A stretch of DNA of 64,000 nucleotides from an uncultured Acidobacteriota bacterium (GCA_963804995.1 CAWDSK010000005.1:1254457-1318456); one strand, 5' to 3'; numbered from the stretch's first letter, positions 21,371 to 33,408 are shown. Numbers and translations are program-made. The notes: generated from the letters alone by a model not told the origin.

Positions 21371-22828
21371 ATGCCAAGTGCAAGTTGCGACATCGGACTG
21401 ATTGGTCTGGCTGTCATGGGCCAGAACCTTGTCTTGAATATGAACGACCACGGTTACAAGGTGGCCGTGTTTAATCGCACCGTATCCAAGGTGGATGACT
21501 TTATCAAGAATGAAGCCGCGGGTACCGAGGTAGTGGGAACGCACTCGATGGCCGAATTGGCTCAGGTGCTCAAGCGCCCCCGCCGCGTGATGCTGATGGT
21601 CAAGGCCGGTGAGGCCGTTGACAAGATGATTGAAGATCTTCTGCCCCACCTCGAAGCGGGCGACATCATCATCGACGGCGGCAACTCGCATTGGCCGGAC
21701 ACCAGCCGCCGCACCAAATACCTTGCGGGAAAGGGGTTCCTCTACATCGGCACTGGCGTTTCGGGTGGCGAGGAAGGCGCGCGCAATGGGCCGTCCATCA
21801 TGCCCGGTGGGAATCCCGCCGCCTGGCCGCATGTGAAGGCCATCTTCCAGGCCATCGCTGCCAAGGTTGAGGACGGCTCGCCCTGCTGCGATTGGGTGGG
21901 CGAGGATGGCGCCGGGCATTATGTGAAGATGGTGCACAACGGTATTGAGTACGGCGACATGCAACTGATCTGCGAGGCCTACCAGGTGATGAAAGACGCC
22001 TTGGGCCTCACCCCCGATGAATTGCACGAGGTCTTTTCCGAGTGGAACAAGGGCGAGCTCGACAGTTACCTCATCGACATCACCAGCCAGATCTTTGCCA
22101 AGAAGGATGACGATGGCACTCCGATGGTCGACAAGATCCTCGACACCGCCGGCCAGAAAGGCACCGGCAAGTGGACCTGCCTCAGCGCGCTCGACCTCGG
22201 CATGCCCGTGACTTTGATTGGCGAAGCCGTATTCTCACGCTGTCTATCGGCCATCAAGGCTGAACGCGTGGCCGCCTCAGCCGTCCTGCCCGGACCCAAG
22301 TACACTGTGACCGAGGACCGCAAGGCTTTTATCGAAGATGTGAGGCGCGCGCTTTATTGTTCCAAGATTATTTCCTACGCGCAGGGTTACATGCTTCTGC
22401 GCGAGGCGGCAAAGGACCAGGGCTGGAACCTCAACTTCGGCGGCATCGCGCTCATGTGGCGCGGCGGGTGCATCATCCGCAGCCGCTTCCTAGGCAAGAT
22501 CAAGGAAGCCTTCGATAAGAATCCCAAACTCACCAACCTGCTGCTGGATGAGTTCTTCACCAAAGTGCTGGTTGATTATCAGGCGGCATGGCGGAGAGCC
22601 ATCATGCAGGCCATCCAATGCGGAGTGCCGACGCCTGCCTTCACCACGGCGCTGGCGTTCTACGATGGTTACCGCACCGGTCGCCTGCCTGCCAACCTGC
22701 TCCAGGCGCAGCGGGATTTCTTTGGGGCCCACACCTATGAGCGCGTCGACAAGCCGCGCGGCCAGTTCTTCCACACTAACTGGACAGGACATGGCGGCAA
22801 GGTGGCCTCCGGCGTTTATAACGTGTAG
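21371..22828 (+). CDS. gnd: 6-phosphogluconate dehydrogenase (decarboxylating)
   Basis: GLIGLAVMG, KMVHNGIEYG, AQRDFFGAHTYER; AGGAGG RBS. Confidence 0.97.
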   Translation: MPSASCDIGLIGLAVMGQNLVLNMNDHGYKVAVFNRTVSKVDDFIKNEAAGTEVVGTHSMAELAQVLKRPRRVMLMVKAGEAVDKMIEDLLPHLEAGDIIIDGGNSHWPDTSRRTKYLAGKGFLYIGTGVSGGEEGARNGPSIMPGGNPAAWPHVKAIFQAIAAKVEDGSPCCDWVGEDGAGHYVKMVHNGIEYGDMQLICEAYQVMKDALGLTPDELHEVFSEWNKGELDSYLIDITSQIFAKKDDDGTPMVDKILDTAGQKGTGKWTCLSALDLGMPVTLIGEAVFSRCLSAIKAERVAASAVLPGPKYTVTEDRKAFIEDVRRALYCSKIISYAQGYMLLREAAKDQGWNLNFGGIALMWRGGCIIRSRFLGKIKEAFDKNPKLTNLLLDEFFTKVLVDYQAAWRRAIMQAIQCGVPTPAFTTALAFYDGYRTGRLPANLLQAQRDFFGAHTYERVDKPRGQFFHTNWTGHGGKVASGVYNV

Positions 22829-22905
22829 CCAAGAGCCGGCAGCTAACAGTTGGACGCTTTGGCTGTGAGCTGTCGGCTGTCAGCTTAAAATCACAAGGAG
22901 CGTAT

Positions 22906-23988
22906 ATGAAGTACGGCTTAAACATTCTTCCCAGCGGTGCCCTGGATTTCTTATCCCTGGGCGCCCTGGTGCATCGACTCGATCCAGGAATCATCCCCTT
23001 CCGCAAAGCTACCGAATGCAAGATTCATGTCAGCGGCGGGGAGTTCAATTGCGCTGCTAACCTGGCGGACTGCTTCCGAATGCAAACTGGCGTGGCGACC
23101 GCCATGGTGGACTATCCCATCGGCGATTTGATTGCCGAGCGGGTGCGCGCCATGGGCGTGAAGCCTTTTTACAAGCACTTCAAGCACAACGGCGTTACGG
23201 GGCCGAACATGGCTACCGTCTACAGCGACCGCGGCCAGGGCGTGCGCGGGCCGGTGGTTTTCTACAACCGCTGCAATGAAGCCGGCGCCATGCTCAAGCC
23301 CGGTGACTTCGACTGGAAAGCCATCTTCAGCGGCGGGGTGCGCTGGTTCCATAGCGGTGGCATCTTCGCAGCCTTGTCTCAAACCACTGGCGAGTTGATC
23401 CAGGAAGGGATGCAGGCTGCGAAGGCGGCGGGCGCCATAACTTCGTTCGATCTGAACTATCGCGCCAAGCTCTGGAACATCTGGGGCGGCCACGAACGGG
23501 CGCTGTCCGTCATTGCCGGAATCGTCAAGCACGTCGACGTCCTGGTGGGCAACGAAGAAGACCTCCAGATGGGGCTGGGAATTCCGGGTCCGGAAGTCGC
23601 GGCGAAGTCCAAGCTCGACCCCAGCGCTTTCTTTGGCATGATCGACAAGGTGATAGCCAAATACCCCCATGTCAAGATTGTCGCCACCACGCTGCGGGAG
23701 GTCCATTCCAGCAACCGGCACAGTTGGAGTGCGGTGGCTTGGATCGACGGCAAGACTTACGTGGCCCCGACGGCCGAACTTGATGTCCTCGATCGCGTGG
23801 GCGGCGGAGACGGCTATGCCTCCGGCTTCTTCTACGGCCTGCTGACCGGCGAGGAACCGGAGGAAGCCGTGAAGCTCGGCTGGGCGCATGGAGCACTGAT
23901 CACCACCTTCCCGGGTGACACGACCATGTCCACTGTCGAGCAGGTGCGAGCCTTTGCCAAAGGCGGCTCAGCGCGCATCCAGCGATAA
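22906..23988 (+). CDS. PfkB-family sugar kinase (KdgK-like paralogue)
   Basis: SGGEFN, FDLNYRAKLW, DRVGGGDG. Confidence 0.88.
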   Translation: MKYGLNILPSGALDFLSLGALVHRLDPGIIPFRKATECKIHVSGGEFNCAANLADCFRMQTGVATAMVDYPIGDLIAERVRAMGVKPFYKHFKHNGVTGPNMATVYSDRGQGVRGPVVFYNRCNEAGAMLKPGDFDWKAIFSGGVRWFHSGGIFAALSQTTGELIQEGMQAAKAAGAITSFDLNYRAKLWNIWGGHERALSVIAGIVKHVDVLVGNEEDLQMGLGIPGPEVAAKSKLDPSAFFGMIDKVIAKYPHVKIVATTLREVHSSNRHSWSAVAWIDGKTYVAPTAELDVLDRVGGGDGYASGFFYGLLTGEEPEEAVKLGWAHGALITTFPGDTTMSTVEQVRAFAKGGSARIQR

Positions 23989-24445
23989 ATAGGTCTGTAC
24001 AAAACCTCTGCGGTGACGCCAGGTTCCGCCTCCCGGGGCCGGCGTCGCCGTCGCACACTCTGGTGCGTATGGATCGTCCGCGAGCCGCGTGCCAGGCGTA
24101 GTCAGAATCTCATCAAGCCCGCAAGTATTGAACAACCCTAACCTGTGCTCGCCATCGATCCGGCACCCGCATCGTAGGAGACGGACCCAGAGCGTTTGGA
24201 ATTCACTTTGCCAGTGCAACCTGGACGCAGCAGGTTAAGGGAATATGAAATTTTCTTTACGATTGGGAAATCTTCAACTTCCTGCAATCTTGTGTTGCAA
24301 CAGTATATAATTTGGGATTCCGGTCGGCTCCTTTCTGGCTTTGGTGGCATCTAAATTGTTGTGGGGAATTCGAAAGGCCTGAGCAGGGGACTATCGGATT
24401 GCTGGGTGTTCTTAATCCGTCATATTCCTGTGGAGGACTAATCTC

Positions 24446-26491
24446 TTGGAAGGTCAAACCGCTACTTCAACCTCGAAATCCAGCCTGAGTCCGGCGCAGC
24501 TCGATCAGCTTTGCATCAATACCATTCGATTCCTTGCAGTTGACGGTGTGCAGAAGGCCAACTCCGGCCACCCTGGTATGCCGATGGGGGCCGCGCCCAT
24601 GGCATATGTGCTTTGGACTCGCTTCCTGCACCACGATCCCTTGAAGCCTGCCTGGCCGAATCGTGATCGGTTTGTGCTCTCCGCCGGCCACGGCTCGATG
24701 CTGCTTTACGGTTTGCTGCACCTGACGGGCTATGACATGCCGATCTCGGAACTCGAGCAGTTCCGCCAGTGGGGAAGCAAAACGCCGGGGCACCCCGAGC
24801 ATTGGCTGGTTCCGGGAATCGAAACCACCACGGGTCCTCTGGGGCAAGGTTTCGGCAACGGCGTGGGCATGGGGATTGCGCAAAAATATCTTGCCGCACA
24901 CTTCAATCGCCCGGGCCACGAGATTGTTGATTACAAGATTTATGCCATCGCAGGCGACGGCGATCTGATGGAGGGTGTTTCCTCGGAGGCCGCCTCGCTG
25001 GCAGGCCATCTGAAGCTCGACAACCTGATCTATTTTTACGACAACAATCATATCTCCATCGAAGGTTCAACTGACCTCGCATTCACAGAAGACCGTGGCA
25101 AGCGCTTCGAGGCTTACGATTGGTTCGTTCAGAAGGTCAGCGACGGAAACGATCTTGAGGCGATTGATGCGGCCATTCGCGCCGCCCAAGCTGAGCGCGG
25201 ACGGCCGTCCATCATCATGGTCCGCACCCACATCGGTTACGGCAGCCCCAACAAGCATGACACCGCGGAAGCCCACGGCTCGGCGCTCGGTGTGGAGGAA
25301 GTCAAACTCACCAAGCAGAATCTCGGCTGGCCACTGGCGCCGGCATTCTTGGTTCCGGACGAAGCACGTGACCATTTCCGCATGGCTATCGAAAAAGGGG
25401 AGAAAGCTGAGGCTGAATGGCAGGGCCGGTTAGCCGCCTATCGCCAGGCTTTTCCCGAACTCGCCGCGGAGTGGGACCGATTCATCAAGGGTGAGCTGCC
25501 CGCGGGATGGCAGGCCAAGATTCCGACTTTCAGCCCTACGGATAAACCGATGGCGACCCGGCAAGCGTCGGGTAAAGTTTTGAATGCCCTCTCGCCCGTC
25601 CTGCCCACCTTGCTGGGAGGTTCGGCGGACCTGGCGCCTTCTACCGACACACTGATCAAAGGTGAAAAGGATTTCAGCGCAGGGAACTACGGCTCGCGGA
25701 ATTTCCATTTCGGGGTACGCGAGCACGCCATGGGCGCCATTCTCAATGGTATGGCCCTAAGCGGATTAATTCCCTACGGGGCCACCTTCTTTGTCTTTTG
25801 CGATTATCTGCGGCCGTCGCTGCGCCTCGCGGCGTTGATGGAGGCTCACGCCATCTTCGTCTTTACGCACGACAGCGTATTCCTTGGAGAGGACGGGCCC
25901 ACGCACGAGCCCATCGAGCATCTGGCGGCTTGCCGGGCAATTCCCCAGCTCTCGATTATCCGCCCCGCCGACGCTAATGAGGTGGGAGTCGCCTGGCGCG
26001 TGGCAATCGAACATCGCACCGGACCCGTGGCGTTGATTCTTACTCAACAGGTGTTGCCCATCATCGATCGCACCAAGTACGCCTCCGCGGAGGGGCTCAC
26101 GAAAGGCGCTTACATTCTGGCGGACGCCGGCGGCAAAACCTCGGAAATCATCCTGATTGCTACCGGCTCAGAAGTGGCGCCAACCCTCAACGCTTACGAA
26201 AAGCTCACGGCAGAAGGGATAGCCGCGCGCTTGGTGAATATGCCTTCCTGGGATATTTTCGAGAAGCAATCGCAGGCGTATCGAGAGGAAGTGCTGCCAG
26301 CCAGCGTGACGGCGCGCCTGGCGGTTGAGGCTGCGTCACCTTTCGGCTGGGAACGCTACGTGGGAACCCAGGGAGCCGTGCACGGGATTAATCGGTTCGG
26401 AGTCTCCGCACCGTGGAAAGTGATTGCGGAGAAATTGGGATTCACGGGCCCCCACATCGCGAAACGCGCACACGAACTTTTAGGGCGCTGA
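24446..26491 (+). CDS. tkt: Transketolase
   Basis: [35 protein letters not shown]. Confidence 0.97.
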   Translation: MEGQTATSTSKSSLSPAQLDQLCINTIRFLAVDGVQKANSGHPGMPMGAAPMAYVLWTRFLHHDPLKPAWPNRDRFVLSAGHGSMLLYGLLHLTGYDMPISELEQFRQWGSKTPGHPEHWLVPGIETTTGPLGQGFGNGVGMGIAQKYLAAHFNRPGHEIVDYKIYAIAGDGDLMEGVSSEAASLAGHLKLDNLIYFYDNNHISIEGSTDLAFTEDRGKRFEAYDWFVQKVSDGNDLEAIDAAIRAAQAERGRPSIIMVRTHIGYGSPNKHDTAEAHGSALGVEEVKLTKQNLGWPLAPAFLVPDEARDHFRMAIEKGEKAEAEWQGRLAAYRQAFPELAAEWDRFIKGELPAGWQAKIPTFSPTDKPMATRQASGKVLNALSPVLPTLLGGSADLAPSTDTLIKGEKDFSAGNYGSRNFHFGVREHAMGAILNGMALSGLIPYGATFFVFCDYLRPSLRLAALMEAHAIFVFTHDSVFLGEDGPTHEPIEHLAACRAIPQLSIIRPADANEVGVAWRVAIEHRTGPVALILTQQVLPIIDRTKYASAEGLTKGAYILADAGGKTSEIILIATGSEVAPTLNAYEKLTAEGIAARLVNMPSWDIFEKQSQAYREEVLPASVTARLAVEAASPFGWERYVGTQGAVHGINRFGVSAPWKVIAEKLGFTGPHIAKRAHELLGR

Positions 26492-26644
26492 TTTTGTTCA
26501 GGGTGCAAGACCCAGGTCTAAGAATTGTGCTTCCCGCCCCTCGGTGAGGAATGCGGAACGTAGACGCTCGCTTTTGTGGCGGGCGATGCGACCCCATGAC
26601 TGTTCCAGACAAGGCGCGGGAGCCAGGAGTTGAGGAGGTGTTTC

Positions 26645-29536
26645 ATGGGCACTAATCCACTTCGAGAACTGAATCGTTTGGGGCAGAGCGTCTGGTTCGA
26701 TTACATCCGGCGTCAGGAGTTGACCTCCGGCCATATGCAGCAATTAATCGATGCGGACGGCGTTTCTGGCATCACTTCCAATCCCAGCATTTTTGAGAAA
26801 GCCATTGCCGGCAGCAACGACTACGACGAGTCGATCCGGAAACTGGTCGAGGATGGGAAGCAACCGCCCGCAATTTTTGAGAGCCTGGAGGTCGAGGACA
26901 TCCGCACCGCCGCTGACCTTTTCCGGCCCATCTATGAGGCCACTGAGGGGCATGACGGATTCGTGAGTATCGAAGTTGCGCCCACCCTCGCCCGCGACAC
27001 AGAGGCAACGATTGTTGAGGCGCGCCGGCTCTGGATCGAAGTCAACCGGCCCAACATTCTGGTGAAAGTTCCCGGCACCGCCGAAGGGTTGCCCGCTATC
27101 CAGCAACTGCTGGGTGAAGGCATCAACATCAATATCACACTCCTGTTTGCGATTGAGCGATATGCCGAGGTGGCGAACGCTTACCTTGCGGCGCTTGAAA
27201 AATTGGCGGGTGAGGGTAAGGCGATCGACCGCATTGCTTCGGTGGCAAGCTTCTTTGTGAGCCGTATCGATACGGCCACTGATCAGGAACTAGAAGCCAA
27301 ATTGAAAGAGGCGAAGAGCGAGGCGGAGAAAGCCAAGCTCTCGAACCTACTCGGCCAAACCGCTAACGCCAACGCCAAGCTGGCCTATGTGAGGTTTAAG
27401 GAAATTTTCTCAAGTCCGCGATTCAAAGCGCTGGCGCAAAAGGGTGCGCGCGTGCAACGCATGTTGTGGGCCTCAACGGGCACGAAGAATCCCAAATACA
27501 GTGACACGATTTACGTGGACCCCCTGATCGGGCCTGACACGATTAACACCATGCCCGCTGCTACGCTCGCGGCCTACCGCGATCACGGCAAGCCGCGTAC
27601 CACTATCGAAGAGGGCGTAGACGAGGCCCGCACGGCGTTAAAGCAACTGGGTGAAGTGGGGGTCGATCTCGCGGCGATTACCCGGAAGCTGGAGGACCAG
27701 GGGGTGGAGGCTTTCGCGAAGGATTACGAAAAGCTGCTCACGGCCATCGCCGAGAAGCGGCGGCACATGATTGAGGCGGCGCCCCTGCGTCCCATGACCA
27801 TGAGCAGCGGCCTGTACGAGGCGGCTTGCGCGTCAGCGGAACGGCTGGTGGCGCAGAATTTCCCGCGCCGCTTGTGGGATCGTGACCCCACCGCGTGGAA
27901 ACAGGAACCCGAGCATCAAAAGATAATTCGCAATTCGCTGGGATGGTTGACCGTGCCTGAGACCATGGTGGCGCAGGTGGACCAACTCGCGAACTTTGCG
28001 GAGGAAACCAGGCAGGCGGGCTTCACGCACCAAGTCCTGCTCGGCATGGGAGGCAGCAGCCTCTGCCCTGACGTTTTTCGCGCCACGTTCGGCGCGGCGC
28101 CAGGTCATTTGCAGTTGCACGTCCTGGATTCGACCGTCCCGGCAAGTGTGGCGGCGGTGGAAAATGCCATCGACCTCGAGCACACGCTCTTTTTGGTTTC
28201 GAGCAAGTCTGGCGGCACCACGGAGACGCTGAGCTTCTTCCAGTACTTCTACGACCGGGTACGCGCCATCAAAGGTGACCGCACGGGAGAGAATTTTATT
28301 GCCATCACCGATCCTGGAACTTCCCTCGAAGCCCTGGCGAAGGCGAAGAACTTTCGCCGCATCTTCCCGGGGCAGCCGGATATCGGTGGCCGCTATTCGG
28401 CGCTCTCAAATTTCGGCATGGTGCCGGCGGCGCTGGCAGGCTTGGACGTGCGAGGGCTTCTCGACCGCGCCAGGCACATGGCACAGGCGTGCGGGGCTTC
28501 AAAGCCCGCCGCGGAAAATCCGGGCCTCATGTTGGGCGCGGCGCTGGGTGAGGCCGGGCGCAGGGGACAGGATAAGGTTACCTTTGTAATTTCTCCTGCC
28601 ATCGCGACCTTTGCCGACTGGGTGGAGCAGCTCATCGCTGAAAGCACAGGCAAGGAAGGCAAGGGATTGCTTCCGGTGGCAGGCGAGCCGTTGGGAGATC
28701 CGGCGACCTATGGACAGGACCGGCTTTTCGTGCAGATCAGGTTGGCCGCGGACGCGGACGAAAGAACGGAGCGGACGTTAGCGGCCCTTGAGGCCGCCGG
28801 CCATCCGGTGATCCGCATTACCTGGCGCGACATTCTCGATCTGAGTGGCGAGTTCTTCCGCTGGGAGGTGGCGACCGCGGCGGCAGGCGCCCTTTTGGGA
28901 ATCGATCCCTTCGACCAGCCCAACGTCCAGGAGAGTAAAGACAACACCAAGCGCCTGCTGGAGGAGTATCGTGCCCAGGGAAAGTTCCCGGAGGATTCGC
29001 CGCTTCTGGAATCCGAAGGCCTGAAGATTTACGCTGACCCAGCGACGCGGGCGAGCCTGGGAAGGCTCAGTGGAGCGGTTCTCTCGGCTGAGGGCGCGCT
29101 GTCGGAATTTTTGAACCAGGCGCGGCCAGGAGATTATGTAGCGCTGATGGCTTATCTCCAGCCCACGACTGGACACACCGCCGCGCTTCAGATCTTACGT
29201 GTGCGGCTGCGTGAGTCTCTGCGCCTGGCGACAACGTTCGGCTATGGCCCCCGATTTCTGCATTCGACAGGTCAGTTCCACAAGGGCGGCGGGAATAACG
29301 GATTGTTTATTCAGATCACCGCGGACAACCCGCAGGACATTGCGATTCCCGGCGAGCCTTATACGTTCTCCGTATTGAAGCAGGCCCAGGCGCTGGGCGA
29401 TTTGGGTTCGCTGCTGAGCAAGCAGCGGCGAGTAGTCCGGCTGCACCTGGGCAAGGATGTCGACAAGCAATTGGAACGGCTCAAGAGGGTTTTGCACGAG
29501 GCTACCAAGCCCTTGACGCAAGCCCGGGCGGGTTAG
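26645..29536 (+). CDS. Bifunctional transaldolase / glucose-6-phosphate isomerase
   Basis: TAL motifs TSNPSIF, KVPGT, WASTGTK; PGI motifs GMGGSSL, SKSG, GGRYS, PFDQPNV. Confidence 0.93.
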   Translation: MGTNPLRELNRLGQSVWFDYIRRQELTSGHMQQLIDADGVSGITSNPSIFEKAIAGSNDYDESIRKLVEDGKQPPAIFESLEVEDIRTAADLFRPIYEATEGHDGFVSIEVAPTLARDTEATIVEARRLWIEVNRPNILVKVPGTAEGLPAIQQLLGEGININITLLFAIERYAEVANAYLAALEKLAGEGKAIDRIASVASFFVSRIDTATDQELEAKLKEAKSEAEKAKLSNLLGQTANANAKLAYVRFKEIFSSPRFKALAQKGARVQRMLWASTGTKNPKYSDTIYVDPLIGPDTINTMPAATLAAYRDHGKPRTTIEEGVDEARTALKQLGEVGVDLAAITRKLEDQGVEAFAKDYEKLLTAIAEKRRHMIEAAPLRPMTMSSGLYEAACASAERLVAQNFPRRLWDRDPTAWKQEPEHQKIIRNSLGWLTVPETMVAQVDQLANFAEETRQAGFTHQVLLGMGGSSLCPDVFRATFGAAPGHLQLHVLDSTVPASVAAVENAIDLEHTLFLVSSKSGGTTETLSFFQYFYDRVRAIKGDRTGENFIAITDPGTSLEALAKAKNFRRIFPGQPDIGGRYSALSNFGMVPAALAGLDVRGLLDRARHMAQACGASKPAAENPGLMLGAALGEAGRRGQDKVTFVISPAIATFADWVEQLIAESTGKEGKGLLPVAGEPLGDPATYGQDRLFVQIRLAADADERTERTLAALEAAGHPVIRITWRDILDLSGEFFRWEVATAAAGALLGIDPFDQPNVQESKDNTKRLLEEYRAQGKFPEDSPLLESEGLKIYADPATRASLGRLSGAVLSAEGALSEFLNQARPGDYVALMAYLQPTTGHTAALQILRVRLRESLRLATTFGYGPRFLHSTGQFHKGGGNNGLFIQITADNPQDIAIPGEPYTFSVLKQAQALGDLGSLLSKQRRVVRLHLGKDVDKQLERLKRVLHEATKPLTQARAG

Positions 29537-29749
29537 TTGTTTTGGATTTTGGATTACGGCAGCGGGCTGCCCCCGCGCCGGGACCAAAACACTTCCGTGT
29601 CCTCTGTGCTTCTCAAGGTCTGACAGAGGGCGCACGGTTGGCTCAGCGACCTTTGTGTTAAGGTTTTTCCGAGCACATGAGGACACCGCGATGCTCTGTG
29701 CATTAATCCAAAATCGAAAATCAAAATCCAAAATGGATAGAGAGGTTTC

Positions 29750-31300
29750 ATGCCGGAAACAGCCGAGCTGAGTAATCCCTTGCGGGAAGGAATCCGCCTG
29801 CGCCGCACGCCGGACCCGTGTGCCATGGTGATTTTCGGCGCTTCCGGCGACCTGACGGAACGGAAGTTGATTCCGGCGCTCTTCTATCTTTCCCGCGAAC
29901 GGATGCTGCCGGCGGGATTTTCCGTGATCGGCTGCGCGCGTACGCCCAGCACGGACGAGCAATTCCGCCAGGAGATGGCCGAAGCCGTGAAGAAGTTTTT
30001 GCACCTGACGGCTGAAAGTGACGCCTTCGTGGAGGGGTTCGGGAAGGGGTTGCACTATATTGCCGACAACTTCAACGACCCGAAGGCCTATGAGCAACTC
30101 AAAGCCGTCTTGGAGAGCCTGGACCAGGAGCGTGGGACCGCTGGAAATCGCCTGTTCTATCTCGCCACGCCGCCCAGCTTCTTTCCCGTCATCGTCAAGC
30201 ACCTGGGTGCCGCGGGATTGGCCAAACCTAAAGTTCCGGGAACGACTTGGACACGCATCATTATCGAAAAGCCGTTCGGACAGAGCCTGGGAAGTGCGCT
30301 TGAGTTGAACCGGGCGGTCACCGGTGTGTTCGACGAGGATCAGGTTTACCGGATCGATCACTATCTGGGGAAAGAGACGGTTCAAAACCTTTTGGTGTTT
30401 CGTTTTGCCAACGGCATTTTCGAGCCCTTCTGGAATCGCCGTTACATCGACCACGTACAGATTGCGGTAGCCGAGGAGTTGGGTGTTGAAAACCGCGGCG
30501 CCTATTATGAAGAGGCCGGGTTGCTTCGTGACATGATTCAAAATCACGTCCTCCAGGTGCTGAGCCTGGTGGCCATGGAACCTCCCGCGACCTTCGAGGC
30601 CACTGCCGTGCGGGATGAGAAAGCGAAAGTCATGCGCGCGCTGCGCCCCATACGCTTCGAGCGGGTGCCGGAATTTGTGGTACGGGGCCAGTACGTGGAA
30701 GGATTCGTGGGGGGCAAGAAGGTGCCCGCTTACCGGTCAGAGCCCAAGGTTTCACCCGCTTCGAACACGGAAACCTTCGCGGCGTTCAAACTCTTCATCG
30801 ACAACTGGCGCTGGGCGGACGTCCCCTTCTACCTGCGCTCCGGCAAACGTTTGCCCAAGCGCATTTCCGAAATCTCCATTCAGTTTCGCCGCGTGCCGCA
30901 TCTGCTTTTCCGCGGCGCGGGCGCGGAAGGAATTGAGCCGAACATCCTGGCGATTCGCATCCAACCCAATGAGGGCATTTCGCTGAAGTTTTGCGCCAAG
31001 CTGCCCGGAACCACCATGCAGATCCGCCCGGTGGAGATGGAATTCCTTTACGGGGAATCATTCGGCGCGGCGCCGCCCACCGCTTACGAAACCCTGCTGC
31101 TCGATTGTATGCTCGGCGATGCCACGCTGTTCAATCGGGATGACGGCGTGGAACTTTCGTGGGAATTCGTCGATCCGATTCTTGATCGCTGGAAGCAGGA
31201 CGGACCCAACGGGCTGGCTTTCTATCCGGCGGGCAGTTGGGGGCCGGCTGAGGCGGACGATTTTGTTGAACGCGACGGCCGGCAGTGGCGAAGACTATGA
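29750..31300 (+). CDS. zwf: Glucose-6-phosphate 1-dehydrogenase
   Basis: GASGDL, EKPFG, RIDHYLGKE. Confidence 0.97.
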   Translation: MPETAELSNPLREGIRLRRTPDPCAMVIFGASGDLTERKLIPALFYLSRERMLPAGFSVIGCARTPSTDEQFRQEMAEAVKKFLHLTAESDAFVEGFGKGLHYIADNFNDPKAYEQLKAVLESLDQERGTAGNRLFYLATPPSFFPVIVKHLGAAGLAKPKVPGTTWTRIIIEKPFGQSLGSALELNRAVTGVFDEDQVYRIDHYLGKETVQNLLVFRFANGIFEPFWNRRYIDHVQIAVAEELGVENRGAYYEEAGLLRDMIQNHVLQVLSLVAMEPPATFEATAVRDEKAKVMRALRPIRFERVPEFVVRGQYVEGFVGGKKVPAYRSEPKVSPASNTETFAAFKLFIDNWRWADVPFYLRSGKRLPKRISEISIQFRRVPHLLFRGAGAEGIEPNILAIRIQPNEGISLKFCAKLPGTTMQIRPVEMEFLYGESFGAAPPTAYETLLLDCMLGDATLFNRDDGVELSWEFVDPILDRWKQDGPNGLAFYPAGSWGPAEADDFVERDGRQWRRL

Positions 31301-31393
31301 AGAACGGTAGGCAGTAGGCACAAGGCAGTAGGCGCGAAGGGCCGTAGCCACGCATCGTTGTGAGCCTGCGAAGTTATTGAAAGGAGAAATCCA

Positions 31394-32533
31394 TTGGATG
31401 GCACGCTTCAGGAATTTGCCTTAGGGGAGCCTCGGCCCGCCAATATGGCGGAGATTGAAGCCGGGCTTTCCGCCATGTGGAGAAGCGCGGCGGAAGCTTC
31501 GGGCACCGAGAGCGCGGTGATGCGTGCTTCCGCGTTGACCCTGCTCGTCTACGTCGATTGTCAGAAAGCGGCGCAGGAGGTGAGCAGCATGCTTGCCGAG
31601 GTGACCCAGCAGAATCCCTGCCGTGCGGTGGTCATGGTGATGGACCCCAAGGGGTCACCCCCGGGCTTGATGGCTTCGATTTCCGCCCACTGTCATATGC
31701 CATTGGAAGGCGAAAGGCAGATTTGCAGCGAACAGATCACCTTGAACGCGCGAGGTGAGACCGGCCCTGAGCTTGCCAGTGTGGTGCTTCCCCTCACGCT
31801 TTCCGGGTTGCCCATTTACCTTTGGTGGCGGGCGGAGGACTTTGCCATGGCCCCCTATTTTGATCAGATTGTGCGGGTGACCCAGCATGTGATTGTGGAT
31901 TCGGCGCGTTTCGCCGACACCGGGGCGGACATGCGAGCGCTGGCCGCCTGGATCGAAAAGCATTCCGGCCGGATTCGCCTTTCCGACCTGAACTGGGCGC
32001 GGGCCACTCCGTGGCGCGAAGTGATGGCCCAGTGTTTTGATTCTCCCGACCGCCGGCCTTATCTCCAACGGATCCGTGAACTCCGCATCGAGTACGAAAT
32101 GGACTCGGCGCGGCTCACTACACAACGCGCGCAGAGCCTGCTGGTGACGGCATGGCTCGCGACCCGCCTGGGGTGGGATTTCCGGCGCTCTGAAACGCGG
32201 GGAGAAAACATGCCGCGCTCTCTCTATTTCCAATCGGACGGCCACGAGGTGAAAGTGGAGAGGGTTCTGAGGAAAGTGGAGGGGGGAGGGACAGGAGTTT
32301 GTTTCTCCTTCGTGATCGAGGCCGACGGCGCGCGCTTTTCCTTCTCGCGTGGACTGGATGGCAAGGTGGTGCAGACCCTTGCCGAGGTCCCCGGCCTGCC
32401 GCCCATCGGCCGGACGGTGCGGATTGAAGCTGGGGACGAAGTCGAAATTCTGAACGACGAACTAATGCTGGTCGGCCGCGACCACGTTTATGAAGAAGCC
32501 TTGGCGCTGGTGGCGCGGATGACGGGAAATTGA
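31394..32533 (+). CDS. opcA: G6PDH assembly protein OpcA
   Basis: Follows zwf; NPCR, LPIYLWW, DLNWAR..WR motifs. Confidence 0.85.
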   Translation: MDGTLQEFALGEPRPANMAEIEAGLSAMWRSAAEASGTESAVMRASALTLLVYVDCQKAAQEVSSMLAEVTQQNPCRAVVMVMDPKGSPPGLMASISAHCHMPLEGERQICSEQITLNARGETGPELASVVLPLTLSGLPIYLWWRAEDFAMAPYFDQIVRVTQHVIVDSARFADTGADMRALAAWIEKHSGRIRLSDLNWARATPWREVMAQCFDSPDRRPYLQRIRELRIEYEMDSARLTTQRAQSLLVTAWLATRLGWDFRRSETRGENMPRSLYFQSDGHEVKVERVLRKVEGGGTGVCFSFVIEADGARFSFSRGLDGKVVQTLAEVPGLPPIGRTVRIEAGDEVEILNDELMLVGRDHVYEEALALVARMTGN

Positions 32534-32616
32534 TGATGGTCGATTGACGATTGTCGATTGAAAAAAAGCAGGTGCAAATTCTTCGCTTGGCGCAGCATGA
32601 TAATAAAAGTCGCGAG

Positions 32617-33405
32617 ATGAATAAATCGACAATCGACAATCTAAAATCGACAATCAGCAATCCAGAAGTTCGCATCTTCGACAACCCTGAGCATCTGACC
32701 TGGGCAGCGGCCACGCATTTTGAACAACTGGCGCGCATCAAGGCCATCGAGAAGAAGCCCTTTACGGCGGCGCTTTCCGGTGGCTCCACTCCCAAGCCCC
32801 TTTATGAACTCCTGGGCCGCCCAACCTTTGCGGGACGCGTGCGCTGGCAGAACGTGCATCTTTTTCAAGTGGACGAGCGTTGTGTACCGCCTGACGATCC
32901 GCAGAGCAATTACGGCATGATCCGCCGGGCGATGCTGGAATCGTCACCGCTCCCCGAAGGGAACTTCCACCGCATGGCGGCGGAACGGGCGGACCGCGAC
33001 CAGGCAGCACGCGACTACGCCGAGGATCTAAAGCGCGTTTTCGAACCCAGGGGCAGGGAAGTGCCGAGTCTTGAATGGGTGCTGCTGGGTATGGGGCCGG
33101 ATGGGCACACGGCTTCTCTGTTTCCAGGCAGCGCGGCGCTCAATGAGCAAACGGCCTGGGTCGTGCCGAATTACGTTGCGAAGTTTGACTCCTTCCGCCT
33201 GACCCTGACTTTGCCGGTGCTCAATGCCGCGTCCCATGTTATCTTCATGGTTATGGGACAGGACAAAGCTGCGACCGTACGCGAGGTGCTGGAAGGTCCC
33301 GCGGGGCAATTCCCGGCGCAGCTCATTCTGCCCACGCGCGGCCGCGTAAGCTGGTTCTTGGATCGAGCCGCCGCACAGTTGTTGAGCCCAGTCACCCGGG
33401 GGTGA
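32617..33405 (+). CDS. pgl: 6-phosphogluconolactonase
   Basis: LSGGSTP, DERCVP, LGMGPDGHTASLFP; start uncertain. Confidence 0.93.
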   Translation: MNKSTIDNLKSTISNPEVRIFDNPEHLTWAAATHFEQLARIKAIEKKPFTAALSGGSTPKPLYELLGRPTFAGRVRWQNVHLFQVDERCVPPDDPQSNYGMIRRAMLESSPLPEGNFHRMAAERADRDQAARDYAEDLKRVFEPRGREVPSLEWVLLGMGPDGHTASLFPGSAALNEQTAWVVPNYVAKFDSFRLTLTLPVLNAASHVIFMVMGQDKAATVREVLEGPAGQFPAQLILPTRGRVSWFLDRAAAQLLSPVTRG

Positions 33406-33408
33406 TAC

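Noticed and set aside
24294..24303. Palindrome TGTTGCAACA as an operator before tkt
   Set aside because: Single short instance; no regulator or second site to support it
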